DNA from: Flavobacteriaceae bacterium
Lineage (GTDB): Bacteria > Bacteroidota > Bacteroidia > Flavobacteriales > Flavobacteriaceae
Reading direction: 5' to 3'
Assembly (NCBI GenBank): GCA_947459635.1
Contig: CANHEA010000003.1
Span: forward strand, 3,386 to 67,385
DNA: 64,000 nt
The notes beneath the pieces are model-generated. The model was not told the origin of the DNA, did not search any database, and worked only from the letters and a program-made list of their open reading frames with translations. This document shows, in pieces, positions 60,496-64,000 of the stretch; the stretch's first letter is position 1, and each line of letters begins with the position of its first letter. A program made the position numbers and the translations under genes.

Positions 60496-61919
60496 TACTC
60501 TTCTAAAAAATGCTCATCCTTAAAGCCAATCAAATACAATTTATCTTTCGCTCTTGTAATCGCAGTATATAACCATCGAATGTATTCTCTATCGATGCCG
60601 TCTGGTAAGTAAGGTTGCTCAATAAACACAGTATTCCATTGTCCTCCTTGCGATTTGTGACAGGTGATTGCATAGGAAAATTTGACTTGCAACGCGTTAA
60701 AGTATTCGTTCTCCTTCACTTTTTGAAACTTCTTATACTTGGTTTCGCCTTCGTAATCTTGCATCACTTCTTGGTACAATCGATTCGCATCGTCATACGA
60801 AAGCGACGGCGATTCGCTGGTAATCGTGTCCATCAACAACACTGTTTCAAAAGGCTTCTGGTTCGGATAATCGACCATTCTGATTTTGACATTCGCGAAC
60901 TTAAAACCATACAATTCTTTGATGTTGAAAATCTGCAACACCTCAATAATGTCACCATTGGCAATAAATCCAGCTTCATCGGATTCTTTCAACCAAAAAT
61001 AATTGTTCTTCACAACCATCAAATAATCCCCGGTCGAGAGTTCACTTTCCTTATCCAGAATCTTTGTTCGAATTTGTTGGTTGTATTGGTTGGCGCGTTT
61101 GTTCGAGCGCACGATAAATGCCGTGTCTTCAATGCTGTAATTGCTGTACGCCGAATTAATAGCATCTTGAATATCATAGCCATCTGTCAATCGAATAATA
61201 TCGGCAAAGTCTTTCAACTGAAATTGAAAAGTATCGAAAAAATCGTCTTTCAACAACTCGCGAAGTTCCGTGGCATTATACAAAATTCCAGAATTTTCCT
61301 CTTGACGCATGACTTCATCGAGCTCGATGTGTTTGATTTCTTTATTATAGTTCAATCCCAACGAATCAATATCTAGCGCAGGCGAAATAGACAAATTGAC
61401 TGGTGGCAACTGAGCAGTATCACCCAGCAAAATCATTTTGCAATTGACGCCAGCGTACACATAAGAAATCAATTCATCCAACAGGGAACCATTATCATAC
61501 AATTTACTTTCCTGATTCACATCTGAAATCATTGACGCTTCATCGACGATAAAAATCGTGTCTTTGTGTTTGTTGGGTTGCAAGCTAAAACTCACGCCGC
61601 CTCCACTACTCTTTTTTGGAAAATAGATTTTTTTATGTATCGTAAAAGCTGGTTTTTGAGAATAATTAGCAATGACTTTTGCTGCGCGACCTGTGGGCGC
61701 TAAAAGCACATATTTCTTTTGAATTTCCGCAAGATGATTGACAATCGTTGCAATAACCGTAGTCTTCCCTGTTCCCGCGTAGCCTTTTAAGACAAAGATT
61801 TCGTCTTTGCGATAATTGGTAATGAATTCCGCAATTTGTTGAAAGAATATATCCTGTTTTTCAGTAGGTTGAAATGGAAAGTTTCGGGTTAGAATGCTGT
61901 AGAAATTATGGGAACTCAT
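60495..61919 (-). CDS. RecD-like SF1B ATP-dependent DNA helicase
   Basis: GYAGTGKT, LAPTGRAA, IVDEASM, GD.AQLPPV, RQ, YAITCHKSQG, LYTAITRA. Confidence 0.93.
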   Translation of the reverse strand: MSSHNFYSILTRNFPFQPTEKQDIFFQQIAEFITNYRKDEIFVLKGYAGTGKTTVIATIVNHLAEIQKKYVLLAPTGRAAKVIANYSQKPAFTIHKKIYFPKKSSGGGVSFSLQPNKHKDTIFIVDEASMISDVNQESKLYDNGSLLDELISYVYAGVNCKMILLGDTAQLPPVNLSISPALDIDSLGLNYNKEIKHIELDEVMRQEENSGILYNATELRELLKDDFFDTFQFQLKDFADIIRLTDGYDIQDAINSAYSNYSIEDTAFIVRSNKRANQYNQQIRTKILDKESELSTGDYLMVVKNNYFWLKESDEAGFIANGDIIEVLQIFNIKELYGFKFANVKIRMVDYPNQKPFETVLLMDTITSESPSLSYDDANRLYQEVMQDYEGETKYKKFQKVKENEYFNALQVKFSYAITCHKSQGGQWNTVFIEQPYLPDGIDREYIRWLYTAITRAKDKLYLIGFKDEHFLEE

Positions 61920-61935
61920 TGGGATTTTTTCTTAC

Positions 61936-61973
61936 CGCAAAGTACGCAAAGTTTTTCGCAAAGTTCGCAAAGT
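61936..61973. repeat. Four CGCAAAGT repeats in divergent promoter region
   Basis: Copies at 61936, 61945, 61957, 61966; TAagTTTG promoter at 61991-61998. Confidence 0.8.
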
Positions 61974-62041
61974 TTATAAACAGAAAATTGTAAGTTTGTC
62001 ACGTTCAAATTATTTGGATACGAGTTAAGAAAAATAGCTTT

Positions 62042-62863
62042 ATGTTAGTCAATGCTGCCAACATCACGGATAAGAAATACCAAAAACTGACCATTCAAGT
62101 GTCTTTGAATGGCATGTCGTTTTGTACTGCTGACACCTTGAATCATAAAGTTTTAGCTGTTGATCATATCGATTTTGACACTGCAAATTCTAATTTCAAG
62201 ATTGAAGATACTATCACGCAAATCCTCAATGACAACCCAGTTTTTAAGGAGCGCTATGACGAAGTTGCAGTCTTGTACGACAATCACTTATCGACCTTTG
62301 TTCCGGAACCACTTTTTGATGAAAGTTATTTGGGAAGTTATTTGCAATACAACACAAAAGTCTACGAAAATGATTTTTTTGATTTTGATACGTTAACCAT
62401 TGCGCCTATTCACAACGTATTTGTTCCTTACGTGAACATCAATAATATTTTTATTGATCATTTCGGGACTTTTACTTACAAGCATGTTTCGACAGTTTTA
62501 GTTTCTCGTTTGTTGGAGCGCTCGAAGAACATTGATGATAAGAAGATGTTTGTTCATATGGCGTCTGGTCATTTTGAAATTGTTGTTGTACAAAATCAAC
62601 ACTTATTACTTTACAACACCTTTGAATATAAAACGCCTGAAGATTTAATTTACTATTTGCTTTTTACCGCAGAACAATTGAATCTGAATCCAGAGGTTTT
62701 CAAACTAGAATTTCTAGGAAACATTGCTGAAGAAGATGCTTATTTTAAGATTGCGTTCAAGTACATTAGAAATGTTAGCCTGCTAGACGTCAAAGATTTA
62801 CAAGAAAATAATTCGCTTTCTACTTCAGAAAATTTGAAGCATTTTATCCTCTTACAATCGTGA
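62042..62863 (+). CDS. DUF3822 family protein
   Basis: L.IQ.SL.G.SF, T.VP..LF, N.F.Y...ED..YY.LF..EQ; adjacent to rsmD. Confidence 0.85.
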   Translation: MLVNAANITDKKYQKLTIQVSLNGMSFCTADTLNHKVLAVDHIDFDTANSNFKIEDTITQILNDNPVFKERYDEVAVLYDNHLSTFVPEPLFDESYLGSYLQYNTKVYENDFFDFDTLTIAPIHNVFVPYVNINNIFIDHFGTFTYKHVSTVLVSRLLERSKNIDDKKMFVHMASGHFEIVVVQNQHLLLYNTFEYKTPEDLIYYLLFTAEQLNLNPEVFKLEFLGNIAEEDAYFKIAFKYIRNVSLLDVKDLQENNSLSTSENLKHFILLQS

Positions 62864-63414
62864 GAATTATATCCGGTAAATTCAAAGGAAGAAGAATTTC
62901 TCCACCCAAAAACCTTCCTGTTCGTCCAACGACCGATATGAGTAAAGAGGCGTTGTTTAACGTCTTGAACAATCATTTTCATTTTGAAGATTTAAAAGTC
63001 CTCGACCTATTTTCCGGAACAGGAAACATCAGCTATGAGTTTGCTTCTCGCGGAAGTAAGAACATTACGAGTGTCGATGGCGATTTCGGTTGCGTGAAGT
63101 TTATTAAGCAAACTGCCGCTGAATTCGATTTTAATATTGCCGCTATCAAAAGCGATGTGATGCAATATATCAAACGCTGCAACTCTAAATACGACATTGT
63201 GTTTGCCGATCCGCCGTACGCCTTAGATCAGAAATCTTTTGATGCGATTGTGCTCGCCGTCTTTGAAAGCGAATTGCTAGAAACCGAAGGCATGATGATT
63301 ATTGAACATTCCAAATACACCAAACTTGATCACTTGATGCACTTCTCGTTTAAGAAAAGTTATGGTGGTTCGATTTTTAGTTTTTTTGAGATGAATTCTG
63401 GGGAAGATGAATAG
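62860..63414 (+). CDS. rsmD: 16S rRNA m2G966 methyltransferase
   Basis: MRIISG..KGR, RPTTD..KE.LFN, LDLFSGTG, FADPPY, EH, YG. Confidence 0.95.
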   Translation: MRIISGKFKGRRISPPKNLPVRPTTDMSKEALFNVLNNHFHFEDLKVLDLFSGTGNISYEFASRGSKNITSVDGDFGCVKFIKQTAAEFDFNIAAIKSDVMQYIKRCNSKYDIVFADPPYALDQKSFDAIVLAVFESELLETEGMMIIEHSKYTKLDHLMHFSFKKSYGGSIFSFFEMNSGEDE

Positions 63415-63481
63415 ACTTTAGGACTATAAGATTGGAAGACTGTAAGACTATAGGACTGTAAGACTATAAGATTGCAAGATT
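63413..63481. repeat. Degenerate 8-bp tandem repeat (GACTATAA/GACTGTAA), about 8 units
   Basis: gactttag-gactataa-gattggaa-gactgtaa-gactatag-gactgtaa-gactataa-gattgcaa. Confidence 0.85.
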
Positions 63482-63509
63482 TTGGGAATTGCGTCTATTG
63501 AAATCCGCA

Positions 63510-63627
63510 GCCCTAGCCCTGATAATTTGATATTAAGAGGAGGAAGCCCAGTGGGCTTCAGGTATAAGGCCAAGAGTTGAATGTATCTAATAACCTGAAA
63601 ATGTTACGAACTGCCCTAGCCCTGATA
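63510..63627. repeat. 15-bp direct repeat GCCCTAGCCCTGATA flanking an 88-bp structured insert
   Basis: Exact copies at 63510-63524 and 63613-63627. Confidence 0.85.
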
Positions 63628-63686
63628 GCAGCGAAAAGCCCGCAGCGCAGCGAGGACTTGCAGCGTATAGCAGGTTCCCGGCTCCC
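63613..63686 (-). ncRNA. Structured intergenic repeat, copy 4 (Flavo-1-like, short variable stem)
   Basis: Reverse complement GGGAGC..CCTGCT..CGCT..AAGTCC[loop]GGGCTT..CGCT..ATCAGGGCTAGGGC. Confidence 0.68.
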
Positions 63687-63691
63687 AAAAA

Positions 63692-63751
63692 AACTCAGAA
63701 ACTCAGCAACTCAGCAACTCAGTCACTCAGCAACTCAGTCACTCAGCAACT
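63692..63751. repeat. 8-bp tandem repeat (A/C)ACTCAG(C/T/A), 7.5 units
   Basis: aactcaga-aactcagc-aactcagc-aactcagt-cactcagc-aactcagt-cactcagc-aact; same unit as 60448-60495. Confidence 0.9.
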
Positions 63752-63758
63752 AAAAAAA

Positions 63759-64000
63759 AGCAGACCTATAAGCCGGATTCTGTACCCACAAAGTGAGTCC
63801 TTATCATTTATCTAGACCAACAATTACTCATTGGTTCGAGCTTCCTACCCTTCGACAACGGGCGAGAAACCCTTAAATGCCGATATACTTGGAATTTCAC
63901 CGCATAGAGTTTACCTGGTTTCACTACAGCCGAACTGTACCTGCTTTCTGTTGCACTGGTCCTCGCCTCACGACGGACGGGCGTTACCCGCTATGCTTCT
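63759..64000 (-). ncRNA. rnpB: RNase P RNA (type A), 5' part beyond window
   Basis: Reverse complement contains AGUGCAACAGAAAG, GGUAAAC, CUAGAUAAAUGAU and 3' signature ACAGAAUCCGGCUUAU. Confidence 0.95.

Noticed and set aside
60615-61376. 253-aa plus-strand ORF
   Set aside because: Entirely antisense to the helicase, with no recognisable motifs.
63413-63751. Repeat-rich region as a CRISPR array
   Set aside because: Units are 8-bp contiguous repeats or a single 15-bp pair; there is no repeat-spacer periodicity and no cas gene.

Overview
AT-rich Bacteroidota chromosome segment, very probably Flavobacterium (TAnnTTTG/TTG promoters, T9SS cargo genes, gene content). From left to right: 3'-truncated M1 aminopeptidase, S8 protease, MarR, MBL hydrolase; the suf Fe-S cluster (sufA-B-C-D-S-lipoprotein-E-T, DUF2480, DUF3078); hflX; a 2,500-aa type-B T9SS adhesin with its PorP/SprF and OmpA partners; a reprolysin ending in a dockerin-like module; an ABC exporter; a second type-B adhesin; proline dehydrogenase; a type-A T9SS propeller protein; an eight-gene cluster with three cryptochrome/photolyase genes; aroB; a polyamine locus (unannotated 59-aa uORF, arginine decarboxylase, deoxyhypusine-synthase-like gene, polyacidic protein); DinB, ppc, Lrp, M14 peptidase, acyltransferase, methyltransferase, GH114, K+ channel, kdsB, RecD-like helicase, DUF3822, rsmD; and the 3' part of RNase P RNA. 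No transposase, integrase, phage or CRISPR array is visible. The most unusual signal is non-coding: four copies of a covarying structured element (Flavo-1-like), with REP-like hairpins nested in the variable stem of two copies, 8-bp tandem arrays on the flanks of two copies, and in one case an 88-bp insert bounded by a 15-bp duplication of the element's 3' end. All protein and RNA family calls come from motif recognition by eye; no database search was run.
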